Assembly (NCBI GenBank): GCA_903866275.1
Contig: CAIPMU010000015.1
Coordinates: 36,084-100,083, forward strand
DNA from: Vampirovibrio chlorellavorus
Lineage (GTDB): Bacteria > Cyanobacteriota > Vampirovibrionia > Vampirovibrionales > Vampirovibrionaceae
Reading direction: 5' to 3'
Length of the DNA stretch: 64,000 nt
Shown in pieces: positions 18,242-30,979 of this stretch. Under the pieces are notes generated by a model, which was not told where the DNA came from, made no database searches, and worked only from the letters and a program-made list of their open reading frames with translations. How positions within the stretch are numbered: position 1 is the stretch's first letter; each line of letters starts with the position of its first letter. Both the position numbers and the translations under genes were made by a program.

Positions 18242-19210
18242 ATGCGCTGGAAGATTCTCAACATCGAACCTGACAACTACAGTGAAGCCGCCAGAGCGGT
18301 GCTGACCGATTTTGCCGATCTGGACGAGCGTGCGCTGGATTTGGCCGCGCTGCGCGCTGAAATCGGGGATTATGACGTTTTAATGGTTCGCTTAAAGCAC
18401 TACATTGGCCCCGAGATTTTACAATCGGCACCTCGGCTGAAAGCCATTGTCACCGCTACCACGGGACTGGATCATATTGATGTAGCCACCGCAGCGGCGC
18501 AAAGCGTTCAGGTACTCAGCCTGCGTGGGGAAACCGAATTCCTGCGCTCCATTCCCGCCACTGCAGAGCAAACTTGGGCCTTGTTACTGGCCCTGATGCG
18601 TCACTTGCCAGCCGCGACTCAGGATGTGCAGGCGGGCCACTGGCACCGGGATGCCTTTCGGGGGCATGAGCTGGCCCAGAAGACCTTGGGCATTGTGGGT
18701 TGTGGCCGCATTGGCGAAAAAGTAGCCCGCTACGCGCTGGCCTTTGGCATGACCGTGCTGGCCCACGACCCCTATCAAGCCACGCTGCCCGCAGGCGTGA
18801 TGCGTTGCCATACGCTGGCCGACTTACTGGCGCAAAGTGATGTAGTCACGCTGCATGTGCCACTCCAGCCCGACACTGTGGAACTAATCGACGCCCAAGC
18901 GCTGGCCTTGATGCGCCCGGATGCCGTCCTGATCAACACCGCGCGGGGAGCCATCGTCGATGAAGCGTCGCTATTAGCCGCCCTACAACACCAGCACATC
19001 GCCGGGGCCGCTTTGGATGTGCTCGCGGGGGAGAGTGAAGCGCCACCTAGCGCAGAACATCCGCTAATTCAGTACGCCCAAGCCCATCGCAACCTGATTA
19101 TCACCCCGCACATTGGAGGGGCCACTTATGAATCCATGCAAAACACTGAAGTGTTTATGGCCCGCAAACTGGCTCAGTTTTTTGCTGATAGCCAAGCGAA
19201 AGGGCTTTAG
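18242..19210 (+). CDS. D-isomer-specific 2-hydroxyacid dehydrogenase family, NAD-binding
   Basis: GIVGCGRIGEKVA Rossmann motif, catalytic-region blocks (NTARGAIVDEASL, ITPHIGGAT). The ATG at 18242 is preferred over the upstream alternative start. Confidence 0.8.
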   Translation: MRWKILNIEPDNYSEAARAVLTDFADLDERALDLAALRAEIGDYDVLMVRLKHYIGPEILQSAPRLKAIVTATTGLDHIDVATAAAQSVQVLSLRGETEFLRSIPATAEQTWALLLALMRHLPAATQDVQAGHWHRDAFRGHELAQKTLGIVGCGRIGEKVARYALAFGMTVLAHDPYQATLPAGVMRCHTLADLLAQSDVVTLHVPLQPDTVELIDAQALALMRPDAVLINTARGAIVDEASLLAALQHQHIAGAALDVLAGESEAPPSAEHPLIQYAQAHRNLIITPHIGGATYESMQNTEVFMARKLAQFFADSQAKGL

Positions 19211-20058
19211 CCTTTCACGCCCCAGACCAGATACGCTTGACCAAAGCCTTCATCACACAGCCAGGGATGCTTGCCGGTCACTTGGGCGCGCTCGGCCAAC
19301 TGCTGGTTGAAGTGCGCGACAATGGCCGCCTCGCTGGGTTCTGGCATCAGGGAAAAGGGGAAATCAATCGAGTGCGAAATCATGGGCAGCGGATACACAC
19401 CACTGTGCTGGATTTCAGTCAGGCCATAACGTTCCATCAAGGGCAAATAGGCCGAAGAATCGGCATCGGAACGATACAGGGCTTGCTTGGGCGTTTGCGG
19501 CTGATGTTGCACATAGCCTTTCAGGACGTCATTGATCCAGGCGAACTCTTTTTGCACGTTCTCGGTGTAATGCGGCACCACATAGGCAAAAAACATGCCG
19601 CCTTTGTCCAAAATCCGCACCTGTTCCGCGAGAAAGGGCTCCGGATCTTCAAAATGCTCAAACAGGCCAATGGAGAAAACCGTATCAAACGACCCATCGG
19701 CAAAGGGAAGCGCGCGGGCATCGCCCACCACGGCATTCACCGCAAGCTGATTACGGGCGAAAATTTGCTTGGCAATATCAATCACGGATTCGGAAATATC
19801 CAACACCGTGGCGTCATAGCCACCGTTGGCAAAATAGGCGGACAGACTACCCCGGCCACAACCGACTTCAAGCGAGCGTTTGCCACCGTTAAACCCGGAG
19901 CTTTGCTGTAACAATTGCTGAAACAGAGTCCAGTGGTTGCGAAACGCCAACTGAATCTGGTTGGCAGGCTCTCCCGGCGTCCAGTGGGTGTAGAGGTTTT
20001 CAGCGTTGTTAGCGCTCCAGCTTTGTTTAAACTGGCTCTCGGTGCTTGTCGCGCTCAT
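19207..20058 (-). CDS. Class I SAM-dependent methyltransferase
   Basis: LEVGCGRGSLSAYFA motif I, VLDISE acidic residue, FDTVFSIGLFEHF motif. The start at MSATSTES avoids a large overlap with the upstream neuC-like gene. Confidence 0.75.
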   Translation of the reverse strand: MSATSTESQFKQSWSANNAENLYTHWTPGEPANQIQLAFRNHWTLFQQLLQQSSGFNGGKRSLEVGCGRGSLSAYFANGGYDATVLDISESVIDIAKQIFARNQLAVNAVVGDARALPFADGSFDTVFSIGLFEHFEDPEPFLAEQVRILDKGGMFFAYVVPHYTENVQKEFAWINDVLKGYVQHQPQTPKQALYRSDADSSAYLPLMERYGLTEIQHSGVYPLPMISHSIDFPFSLMPEPSEAAIVAHFNQQLAERAQVTGKHPWLCDEGFGQAYLVWGVKG

Positions 20059-21229
20059 AGGCTTCCCTTTCGGCGTAGTAAAGATACTTTTGGGCGTATA
20101 AATCCACATGACACAGATGCTCGGCAATGCGCTCCGACGCTTGGCCATCACCGTACAAGGTGCTGGCCGGATAGGGCCCATGCGCCAGTTGGGCTTCAAT
20201 GGCGGTCACCATAATCTCGGGATCCAGGGGCACTTTGGTCACATGCTCGGCGGTTTCCCGCAAATTCTGACGATCGCCGGTTAAGACCACCGGCGTGCCC
20301 AAGAAAGAGGCATCCCGCAGGAAGCTGCTGCTATTGCCTACGGCGCAGGCCGCATTGGCCAACAGTTTCAGGTAGGTTTCCGGGGTAAAGTTTTTGACCA
20401 TTTGCAGCCAGTTATCCACATCCGGGTCATGCTCGCGGTGCAGGCGAATGGTCTTGCTCACCCCATCCGAACCGGCGTCAATATTGGGCCATAGCCACAG
20501 GGTGGGCATCCGCAACCGGGCCAGCGCCTGCATCAATTGCTCCGCTTCGACGCGGGCCTGCTCATAATGGGTGGTCACCGGGTGGTAAGTCACCATCAGG
20601 AAGGGCTGATTGGGGTTAATCTTGGCACCAACGCCCACGTTACTGAGGAAATCATCCGGCAGCGCCCGATCCATGCGGTGAATAATATCGCCGCTGGGGC
20701 AGCCCACGTGGAAAACCGCATCGGGCCGCTCGCCCATGCGCATAATGTAATCCGCTGATTGGGCAGTGGACGGGAAATGGTAATGCGACAGCTTGGTCAT
20801 GCAGTGGCGGGCGCTCTCATCAATGGAGCCACTGACCTCACCGCCCTGAATGTGGACCAGACAGAGGTTCATGTAAGAGGCGGCCAGGGTCGCGCCCAAC
20901 GCTTCATAGCGATCGCCGATCACCAGCACAATGTCCGGCTTGAGGTGCTGAAATGCAGTGGCGAATTCGCCCACAGCATAGCCCAGCGATTTAGTCATGG
21001 TGACCGGATTTGAGCCTTCCAGCTCGACATAAATCTGGGCGGCAATCTCAAAGCCATCAGCCTTGATGTTCTCAATGCCTTTTCCAAAACGCTCCAGTAG
21101 CAACGTGCCGCCGCAGACCACCAGCAACTCCAGCTCAGGACGGGCCTGAATGGCCTTCATCACAGGCTGCATCCGGCCATAATTGGCCCGATCGACCAGG
21201 ACAACTGCTACTTTGCGCCGTGGGGTCAT
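20027..21229 (-). CDS. neuC: UDP-N-acetylglucosamine 2-epimerase (hydrolysing), NeuC/LegG-like
   Basis: 400 aa. The N-terminus is very similar to hydrolysing UDP-GlcNAc 2-epimerases (KVAVVLVDRANYGRMQPVMKAI..., DIVLVIGDRYE, HIQGGEVSGSIDE). Confidence 0.85.
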   Translation of the reverse strand: MTPRRKVAVVLVDRANYGRMQPVMKAIQARPELELLVVCGGTLLLERFGKGIENIKADGFEIAAQIYVELEGSNPVTMTKSLGYAVGEFATAFQHLKPDIVLVIGDRYEALGATLAASYMNLCLVHIQGGEVSGSIDESARHCMTKLSHYHFPSTAQSADYIMRMGERPDAVFHVGCPSGDIIHRMDRALPDDFLSNVGVGAKINPNQPFLMVTYHPVTTHYEQARVEAEQLMQALARLRMPTLWLWPNIDAGSDGVSKTIRLHREHDPDVDNWLQMVKNFTPETYLKLLANAACAVGNSSSFLRDASFLGTPVVLTGDRQNLRETAEHVTKVPLDPEIMVTAIEAQLAHGPYPASTLYGDGQASERIAEHLCHVDLYAQKYLYYAEREAYERDKHREPV

Positions 21230-22341
21230 GCGTTTACCTCATTGAAACAGTCTTGGGTGTTGAGTGTTTGCGTCATATCTTCTTCAGGGGAAACATCTTC
21301 CCAGCAAATTGGCTGATCCAGCCGCGCCGGATTGCGTAATCGTCGCCCTAATAATAAATGAAGATCAGCGGCAGGGATACCCGTCCCCGGCTTTTTCACG
21401 GTTAAATGCGCTGCACTCAACACCGTACCCGCCGCCAAATCCTGACGGGGCACCACGCTTTTCTGGAAAATCCGGCGCATCTCCGCCATATCCTGGGCCA
21501 TCACGTCCTTATCGATGGGCGAGGCCAAGGCGGTTTCCAGGAAACGGACCCCGTCCACCAACTGCTTCAGGCCCTCTACGGTCAGAGAAGAAGAAACATC
21601 GGGCCCAAACATAAACGGAGAAAGAGTCACATGCACTTCCAGCAGGTGCGCGCCCAGCGTGACCGCCGCCAAACCGGGATAAATCGTGCCGGAATGGTCC
21701 GACAAGCCTACTGGGCAGGCGTAGCGTTGCTGGTACTCGCTGATCACGTTCAGGCCCAGTTTATCGGGAGGGGTGGGATACATGCTGGTGGTTTGAAACA
21801 GGCCGAAAGGAACGTCCCACTGACGAATCTGTGCCACCATCCGGTCCAGTTCAGCCACGGTGCTCAAGCCACTGGAGAGTAAAATGGGCTTGCCCGTCGC
21901 GCCCATGCACTCCAGCAGGGGCAGATTGCTGGCCTCGCCTGACCCCACCTTCCAGGCGGCCATATTCAGCCCTTCTAACAAGGCTACCGCCTCTGTCGAA
22001 AACGCCGAACTCAGGAAAATCAGGCCCTTGTCTCGCGCATGTTCGGCCAGACCCGCCCATTGCTCCGGAGTAAAGCTGGTGCGCTCCCAGTATTCATAAC
22101 GAGTCTTGTCCTGACGGCTGAACTTGACCCGAAAGGGCTCATCCGGCGTGCTTTCTGCGGCAGCAATATGAGTTTGAAACTTGATGGCATCGGCCCCGGT
22201 CAGCGCCACGGCGTCAATAAAGGCATGGGCCTGCCCCAGACTGCCATCATGGTTCTGCGCCACCTCGGCAATAATCAGCCGATCGGGCGTTTGGGGGTTC
22301 AAACAAGCACTCAGGCGCTCTGATTCAAACACAGGGGTCAT
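21226..22341 (-). CDS. neuB: N-acetylneuraminate synthase family (NeuB/LegI-like) with C-terminal SAF domain
   Basis: IIAEVAQNHDGSL, AIKFQTH, WKVGSGEASNLPLLE blocks. The C-terminal 60 aa are SAF/antifreeze-like. Confidence 0.85.
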   Translation of the reverse strand: MTPVFESERLSACLNPQTPDRLIIAEVAQNHDGSLGQAHAFIDAVALTGADAIKFQTHIAAAESTPDEPFRVKFSRQDKTRYEYWERTSFTPEQWAGLAEHARDKGLIFLSSAFSTEAVALLEGLNMAAWKVGSGEASNLPLLECMGATGKPILLSSGLSTVAELDRMVAQIRQWDVPFGLFQTTSMYPTPPDKLGLNVISEYQQRYACPVGLSDHSGTIYPGLAAVTLGAHLLEVHVTLSPFMFGPDVSSSLTVEGLKQLVDGVRFLETALASPIDKDVMAQDMAEMRRIFQKSVVPRQDLAAGTVLSAAHLTVKKPGTGIPAADLHLLLGRRLRNPARLDQPICWEDVSPEEDMTQTLNTQDCFNEVNA

Positions 22342-24029
22342 CTTACGCCCTCCTTGGCGTTCAACTGGGCAGCATAAGGACTCACGCCCCGCTGCGCCAC
22401 CACATCCAACATATCATGCACCCGTTGGGGATAGCTACGCGCATCCGAGAAATGATACCACTGCACCATCGTCTGCTGTTGCGCCCAATCCAGGGACTCA
22501 TCCGGGGTAAGCAACACTTGCCGGAAGGTTGCGGCCAGTTGATTCAACTCCCAGACAAAGAACAGACTCGGCATCTCATCCAGACGCTCAAAGTGCTTGT
22601 TGTGCTTCATGGCATTACTGGGTGCTTCCAGATGAATGCCATCATCATAAGCCAATACCAGTCCCTTTTTACGGCAAATACAGGCCTCCATCATCAAGGA
22701 GGTCAGCCCGCCAATGGCCATCTCGGCATTCAGGAGCAGATTGGACAGATAATCGGTATTCGGCTGAAAGGCGGTGCCGCGCAAAGTCCCGTAATAATGA
22801 GCTTCCAAACTTTTATCGAGAATGATGTGCCGGTAATCCTTCTCATAGAAGGTATCCGGGCATTGGCGCTTTAACCGCCACGGGTGGGGGCGATACACAA
22901 TTTTCAAGCCCGCCGGAATTTGACCCTGCAAGGATTCCAGCACCTCATCCAGCACATGCAGACAACTCAACTCATCAAAGGCCCACGAATATCCAGCAAA
23001 CACGATATAGGGGAAGTCATACGGACGCTCGGGGGGCGCTCCGCCATCCACCATGACCTTGAGGGCCTTGAAATACGTCTCGTAGCGCGGTGTGCCAATG
23101 GTAAACACGCGCTCCGGGGGGAAGTCCTGAATATCTCGGGCATGAATCATGGATTGCTGGCCCCAGACGCCCATGTAATCGGGCTGGTACAGCAACGCAG
23201 CCTTGCTGGACAAGTTATCCCAGTTATCCACCAGAAACACCACCTGATAGGCGTTTTTCAGCTCTTTTTGAAGCCGAATCGCATCCACCCCGGCAATGGC
23301 CACCGTGGAGGTCGGCACCAGCAGCACATCGGGCTTGATTTGCTCAAGAATGACTTTCAGTTGCCGACTGGGCTGATGCCAGCGATCATAAGCCAACAAA
23401 TAGAGTGAACCCCACGGCCCCAAGCCCCACCAATCGGCATAGATTTCAGCCTTTTGCATGGCAGGCAACTTGCGAAACAGGCGCACCCGCTCCAGCAGGC
23501 CGCTTACCGCTTGCGCCAGTGAGGCAGGCAACACTTTGGACAGCCATCGGCAACGCTTTTGATATTTGTCCGATGCCTCGATTTTTTCCGGAGACAAGGC
23601 CTCTTTCAACTTTTCCCGCACCCGTACAAAACGAAAGGCAAAAGTCGAAGAACGCGATTCGCGGCGCTTGAGCATGATGCTGTACATCTGATAACTGTCA
23701 TTGCGCGCACCGGGGTCAATTTTGAAGAAAGCATGAAACCGCGGATGCTGCGACACCACATCCCGCTGATGCACGGCATCGGAAGCCACCACCAGCAGAT
23801 TCTCATCCTCAAACGGTGCCAGAACCCCTGTTTTCAGGTAGTTCTGGACATACAGATCTGAATCCAGCAACACCAGCTTTTTCAAGGCCTGAACCCGTGC
23901 ATTCGGCCAGACCAAACTCTCTTCATCCGCCCCCTGCCCCATGCCCTGGGGCAATTTGGACGCAGGCACAATCATTTCTTCCGACGTAGTCACGGAAGCG
24001 GCTTCGGAGACGATTTCGGGAACAACCAT
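22338..24029 (-). CDS. Uncharacterised 560-aa protein with MurG/PseG-like GT-B C-terminal motif (candidate PseG-type hydrolase or nonulosonate transferase)
   Basis: TDYLSNLLLNAEMAIGGLTSLMMEACICRKKGLV matches the GT-B donor-binding consensus. GGAG lies 8 nt upstream of the ATG at 24029. Confidence 0.4.
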   Translation of the reverse strand: MVVPEIVSEAASVTTSEEMIVPASKLPQGMGQGADEESLVWPNARVQALKKLVLLDSDLYVQNYLKTGVLAPFEDENLLVVASDAVHQRDVVSQHPRFHAFFKIDPGARNDSYQMYSIMLKRRESRSSTFAFRFVRVREKLKEALSPEKIEASDKYQKRCRWLSKVLPASLAQAVSGLLERVRLFRKLPAMQKAEIYADWWGLGPWGSLYLLAYDRWHQPSRQLKVILEQIKPDVLLVPTSTVAIAGVDAIRLQKELKNAYQVVFLVDNWDNLSSKAALLYQPDYMGVWGQQSMIHARDIQDFPPERVFTIGTPRYETYFKALKVMVDGGAPPERPYDFPYIVFAGYSWAFDELSCLHVLDEVLESLQGQIPAGLKIVYRPHPWRLKRQCPDTFYEKDYRHIILDKSLEAHYYGTLRGTAFQPNTDYLSNLLLNAEMAIGGLTSLMMEACICRKKGLVLAYDDGIHLEAPSNAMKHNKHFERLDEMPSLFFVWELNQLAATFRQVLLTPDESLDWAQQQTMVQWYHFSDARSYPQRVHDMLDVVAQRGVSPYAAQLNAKEGVR

Positions 24030-24145
24030 GAAAGCTCCACAGGATTGATGCGGTGTTGCAAGGCGCCACAAACGGTGCGACAAGACCCAGAGGGTAAGAC
24101 CTCAGTATGGTAACATACATGCCAAAGAGCTGGCAAAGCCGCTTG

Positions 24146-25723
24146 TTACGGCTCAGCAGCCCAATCGCCCGGCTGCAGACCGTCGCCCGGCGCAATGGCC
24201 CGCTGGGCCCGATGGCCCTGAATCTCTCTCAGGAAGCGGGGATGCACCCCGATCCGCTGCTTACCGGGTCGTAATATGGCAATATTTTCCTCTTCCACCA
24301 GCGAATCGCCCACCGCAATGGGCCGAATGGCTTGCACACCACGACGGGCATAGGTGCTCAGCTCAGCTTCCGCAGGGAGAATCTCCTTAATGCCCGTTCC
24401 GGCAACTTGCTCGGCGGCGCGAATGGCCGTCACCATCTGGCCAAGTTCATCGGGTGTCAGCGCAAAGGGATGATCCGGGCCGGGCAGACGGTTATCCAGG
24501 GTGTAATGCTTTTCGATCACTTGCGCGCCGAGCGCCACCGCCGCCAGAGGCCCGTACACGGGATCCCGACTGTGATCCGAGAGGCCCGTGGTCACGCCAA
24601 AACGGCGCTTCAACCAGGGGATGGTGTTGAGGTTCAGGCTATCCAAGGGCGCGGGATACTTGGCCGTGCATTGCAGCAGACAAAGCCGGGTGCCGCCGTT
24701 GGCATAAAACGTCTCCACGGCCCAGGCAATATCGGCCTCCGTGCTGGCCCCCGTGGACAAAATCAGGGGCTTCCCCGAGCGCGCGGCCAGCTCCAGCAGG
24801 CGCACATGGCTGATCTCATAAGAGGCAATTTTGTGAATGGCCACATGAGGGTCCACCGCCTCAAAATCCGCCTTGGAGAATGGGGTGGACATAAAGTCGA
24901 TGCCCTGCTGGCGGCAGTAATCGGCCAGCTCCCCCAACAGTTCGTATGGCATGGCCAAATCGGTAAAAATATCTCGAATCGATTCGCTGATGCCGTTCTC
25001 ACTGAGGTAATCGCTGCTGCCCGCGTTCTCCACATACACGCTTTCGGGGCGATAGGTCTGGAATTTCACCGCATTGGCCCCTGCCACCACGGCCACATCA
25101 ATCAGCGCCCGAGCCATCTCGCGGTCGCGCTTGGGGGTGCCCATCCGCCAGTTGGAGCCAGCCTCGGCAATGACATACACCGAGCCATCGGCCAAAAAGG
25201 GTGGAATAAGCGCAGCTACTAAACGCTGAATGCGGTACATGTTACCACTGAGGGCATGGCGCTTGTCCGCTTCTCCAACGAATTCAAAGCCTGCTTTCTG
25301 GAACGCCTGAATGGAGACCGCATTCTCCACCTTGATTTCCGCCAGCACCTGATCCACCCCTTGACGCTTCAGGAAATCCAGGGCCAGCTGAAGTGCTTGG
25401 GTAGCAACCCCCTGCCCACGGGCCTCAGGGGCCACATTGATCGACAGCTCGCAAGCCTTTAGGCGGGGATGAGCCGTATGCGATACCGCCCGAAAGGCCA
25501 CAAAGGCCACCCGCACGCCTTGCTTTAAAACGAACAGCGGCGGCAAGGCCGGTTCCCGAAAAGAAACCGCCTGAAAATTGGGCCAAAAGGTTTCCCAAGC
25601 CTGCACATCCTGATTGAACGACATTTGCCGGGTCATCGGGTCATTGCGCCAGTCTAAAATCAGGCGGGCATGGTCTTCCACGGGGCGAACCCATTCCAGG
25701 GAGTAGGCGGCATCAAGCATCAA
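24146..25723 (-). CDS. Fusion of GNAT N-acetyltransferase (PseH-like) and NeuB-family synthase (PseI-like)
   Basis: The N-terminal roughly 170 aa form a GNAT fold (GQGVATQALQLALDFLKRQG..., VENAVSIQAFQKAGFEF). Residues 190-525 are NeuB-like (VIAEAGSNWRMG, VKFQTY, ISTGASTEADI, SAF-like end). Confidence 0.8.
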   Translation of the reverse strand: MMLDAAYSLEWVRPVEDHARLILDWRNDPMTRQMSFNQDVQAWETFWPNFQAVSFREPALPPLFVLKQGVRVAFVAFRAVSHTAHPRLKACELSINVAPEARGQGVATQALQLALDFLKRQGVDQVLAEIKVENAVSIQAFQKAGFEFVGEADKRHALSGNMYRIQRLVAALIPPFLADGSVYVIAEAGSNWRMGTPKRDREMARALIDVAVVAGANAVKFQTYRPESVYVENAGSSDYLSENGISESIRDIFTDLAMPYELLGELADYCRQQGIDFMSTPFSKADFEAVDPHVAIHKIASYEISHVRLLELAARSGKPLILSTGASTEADIAWAVETFYANGGTRLCLLQCTAKYPAPLDSLNLNTIPWLKRRFGVTTGLSDHSRDPVYGPLAAVALGAQVIEKHYTLDNRLPGPDHPFALTPDELGQMVTAIRAAEQVAGTGIKEILPAEAELSTYARRGVQAIRPIAVGDSLVEEENIAILRPGKQRIGVHPRFLREIQGHRAQRAIAPGDGLQPGDWAAEP

Positions 25724-25842
25724 ACACGTCCAAATTCTAAAACGTCAAACAGGAAAAGTCGATGAGCAGCAGAGATTAGCAAAGCGAACACGCCATCTAA
25801 CATCGGTTCCTGAGCGACCCCCATTCTAGCAAAGGCAGCCAC

Positions 25843-26576
25843 CTAGCCCAAGACCGGCTTTTGCACAATCTCGGCGTTCAGGGCGCGCCAGTCGGGGTTG
25901 GCATCCAGCAGGGCCAACACATCAGCCTGATGAAACTGGGGGTTGACCGGGTACAGAGCTTCCAAAATGCGGCGGATCAGCTCAAAATCCTCCGGGGTGT
26001 CCACCGTCCAGCGTTCCCCCGCATGATTCTCGGCCTGCTTGACCTGAGCCAGCCGGAAGCGTTCGGGATGCCGGTAGAGGAACGGCGTGACATGCTCGCG
26101 CTCCTCGGGCTGCGTGGCTTCCCGATGGGCTTGAGCCAACACGTTTGCCGAGAAGACCTCAACATCCAGCCCACGGGGATAGGTGCGATCCAACGTGTTG
26201 GAGACATAATCGTAAGAACCCACATGGGCCTGATAGAAGGCGATGACCTCAGCAACTACGGCGGGATCAATCAGCGGGCAATCGGAAGTGATCCGAACCA
26301 CGGCATCTGCCCCGTGAGCTTGAGCCGCTTCGGCATAGCGAGACAGCACATCGGCTTCCGAGCCTCGGCTGACGGGTACACCCAAGACCTCACACAAATC
26401 CACAATGGGCTGATCGGCGTCATTGATTGTGGTCGCCACCACGATCCCATCCGCATTGGGCACTCGGCGCAAGCGCTCGAGTTGATGCGCCAGCAATGAC
26501 TGCCCCGCCACGGCCTTGAGAATCTTTCCCGGCAAGCGGGTCGAGGTCATGCGGGCCTGAATAATAATCAGCGTCT

Positions 26577-26580
<4 letters not shown>
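25843..26580 (-). CDS. Cytidylyltransferase, SpsF/PseF-like (CMP-pseudaminic acid synthetase family)
   Basis: IIQARMTSTRLPGKILK N-terminus characteristic of SpsF/PseF-type nucleotidyltransferases, with ITSDCPLIDP. Confidence 0.75.
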
Positions 26581-28797
<2,217 letters not shown>

Positions 28798-29026
28798 TTA
28801 AACACTGAATACTAAAATCTTAAAGAGAATGACGAAAGAGCAATTCCTAAAAAGTCAAAGAAGACTGCTAAGCCTCTCGCACAGCGCGCGACAAACCCAT
28901 CAGGACATTAGCCGACGACCAACCCGTGGGCCTAAAGGCGCCCCGAAATCGCAAACTGTCAACGGCATGATCCTGCTGAAAGTTTGTCCACAGTGTAACT
29001 CGGGCTTTGGTATTTCCGCAAGAAAG

Positions 29027-30880
29027 ATGCTACTATTAGTGTCACTTTTCCCGCCTTCATCCCGTCCAGCAAGCACCGGTGGTTCTCTCGTGGATAAAAA
29101 GAAACCCAGCCTCGCAACCGATCAAGCGCTTTACCTGCGCTTACTCCAGTATCTGAAGCCTTACAAAAACCGCTTTATCATTGGCATGGTGGCCTCCATA
29201 CCGGCGGCTTCGCTGGAAGGCGCGGCGGCTTATGCCATTGGCCCCCTGATGGATAAAATGATCAAGGAACATGATTATTCCATCCTCATGTATATCCCCA
29301 TCGCCCTGATTGGCGCCACCGTGCTGCAGGGCGTGTGCTACTACATCAGCAACTACTGCAACTACTATATTGGCACCGCGATTTCTCGCGACTTGCGCCT
29401 GCAACTCTTCTCTCAGGTCATCAAAATGGATCTGGCCTACTTCAAGCGCTACACCACCGGCGAGCTGTATAGCCGCTACGTCTCGGATCCGGGCACCCTG
29501 CAACAGGCCATCGTGACCAACCTGCAAGACTTTGTCATTCAGCTGTTTTCCTTTTTGGGGCTGGCAGCCGTGTTGATTTTCCGCAACTGGCTGTTCGCCT
29601 TTGTGGCCATTGGGGTCATTTCCACCATTGTGATTCCCCTGCAGATTATCAGCAAGCGCATTCGCAAGCTGGATCACGATTCCAACCAGAACCTGGCCCA
29701 GATGATCAGCGTATTTACTGAAGCCATGTGGTCCTCCAAGCTGATTATCGGCTTCCAGCTGGAAAGCTATCAGCAAAAGCGCTTTGAAAAAGCCCTCCAT
29801 CAGTTCTTCGCCACCTCCATGCGCATCATGAAGACCGGCACCTGGCTGAAACCCCTGATGCAGTTCATCGCCGCGTTCGGGATTAGCGGGATTGTGGTAT
29901 TTGGAGCCATGCAGGTTCAAAGCGGCAAAATGACCCCGGGGGAGCTGAGCTCCTTTATCGTGGCGCTGGTACTGCTATTTAAGCCTGTAAAAACCCTGGG
30001 CAACATCTTTGGAAAAGTCCAGCGCATTCTGGCCCCGGCCGAACGGGTGTTTGAAAAGCTGGATGCCAAGTCCGAGCTCGCGGAATGCAAAAATCCTCTG
30101 GTGCTGGACCGGATCAACACCATTCGCTTTCAGGATGTGCAATTTGAATATGTGCCCGGCAAACCGGTACTCCGCAACATCAACTTTACGGCCAAGGCAG
30201 GCGAGATCATCGCGCTGGTGGGCCAAAGCGGCGGCGGCAAATCCACGCTGATGGATCTCATTCCCCGCTTTATGGATGTCACTGGTGGACAGATTCTGGT
30301 AAACGACGTGGACATTCGCAACGTGTCCACCGAGTGGCTGCGCTCGCAGATTGCCATTGTGTCGCAGGATTCCATGCTGATTGACGCCAGCATCCGCGAA
30401 AACATTCTCTTGGGTCGCCTCAACGCCACCGAAGAAGAACTCCGCGAAGCGGTTCGGCTGGCCCAACTGGATGAACTGGTGGATTCACTGCCACTAGGGC
30501 TGGACACCCAGACCGGCAAAAACGGCACCCTGCTCTCGGGCGGGCAACGCCAACGGATCTCCATTGCCCGAGCCTTCCTGCGCAATGCGCCCCTGCTGAT
30601 TCTGGATGAAGCCACCAGCGCGCTGGATAATGAATCGGAAGCACTGGTGCAAGATGCACTGATGAGCATTATGCAAGGCCGCACCGTCTTTGTGATTGCA
30701 CACCGTCTGTCCACCATTCAGTGCGCCAACCGCATCATGGTGGTGGATCGCGGCCAGATTATCGAAACCGGTAACCATCAGGAACTATTGGAGCTGAACG
30801 GCATTTACAGCAAGCTGTATCATTTACAGTTCCGCTATTTAGAAGCTGAGCTTCCCGTACCGGTACTTCCCGCTACATAA
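29027..30880 (+). CDS. ABC exporter, fused permease-ATPase (MsbA/lipid A export-like)
   Basis: Six TM helices, then Walker A GQSGGGKST, signature LSGGQRQRISIAR and Walker B LLILDEATSALD. The start is uncertain; the ATG at 29027 and a GTG near 29086 are both possible. Confidence 0.8.
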   Translation: MLLLVSLFPPSSRPASTGGSLVDKKKPSLATDQALYLRLLQYLKPYKNRFIIGMVASIPAASLEGAAAYAIGPLMDKMIKEHDYSILMYIPIALIGATVLQGVCYYISNYCNYYIGTAISRDLRLQLFSQVIKMDLAYFKRYTTGELYSRYVSDPGTLQQAIVTNLQDFVIQLFSFLGLAAVLIFRNWLFAFVAIGVISTIVIPLQIISKRIRKLDHDSNQNLAQMISVFTEAMWSSKLIIGFQLESYQQKRFEKALHQFFATSMRIMKTGTWLKPLMQFIAAFGISGIVVFGAMQVQSGKMTPGELSSFIVALVLLFKPVKTLGNIFGKVQRILAPAERVFEKLDAKSELAECKNPLVLDRINTIRFQDVQFEYVPGKPVLRNINFTAKAGEIIALVGQSGGGKSTLMDLIPRFMDVTGGQILVNDVDIRNVSTEWLRSQIAIVSQDSMLIDASIRENILLGRLNATEEELREAVRLAQLDELVDSLPLGLDTQTGKNGTLLSGGQRQRISIARAFLRNAPLLILDEATSALDNESEALVQDALMSIMQGRTVFVIAHRLSTIQCANRIMVVDRGQIIETGNHQELLELNGIYSKLYHLQFRYLEAELPVPVLPAT

Positions 30881-30979
30881 GTGATTCTTCGGGTGATTGC
30901 GCCCTAACCCAGCCCTTGAGCTTGCTATAATAGTTGCCATCGCGTTGAGCGATTGAGAATCAGAGAGCAAGAGGGCCCT

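Noticed and set aside
19207-20199. Longer 330-aa version of the methyltransferase ORF given in the ORF track
   Set aside because: The upstream 47 codons overlap the 3-prime end of the neuC-like gene and have atypical composition. The internal ATG (MSATSTES) gives a standard methyltransferase N-terminus.
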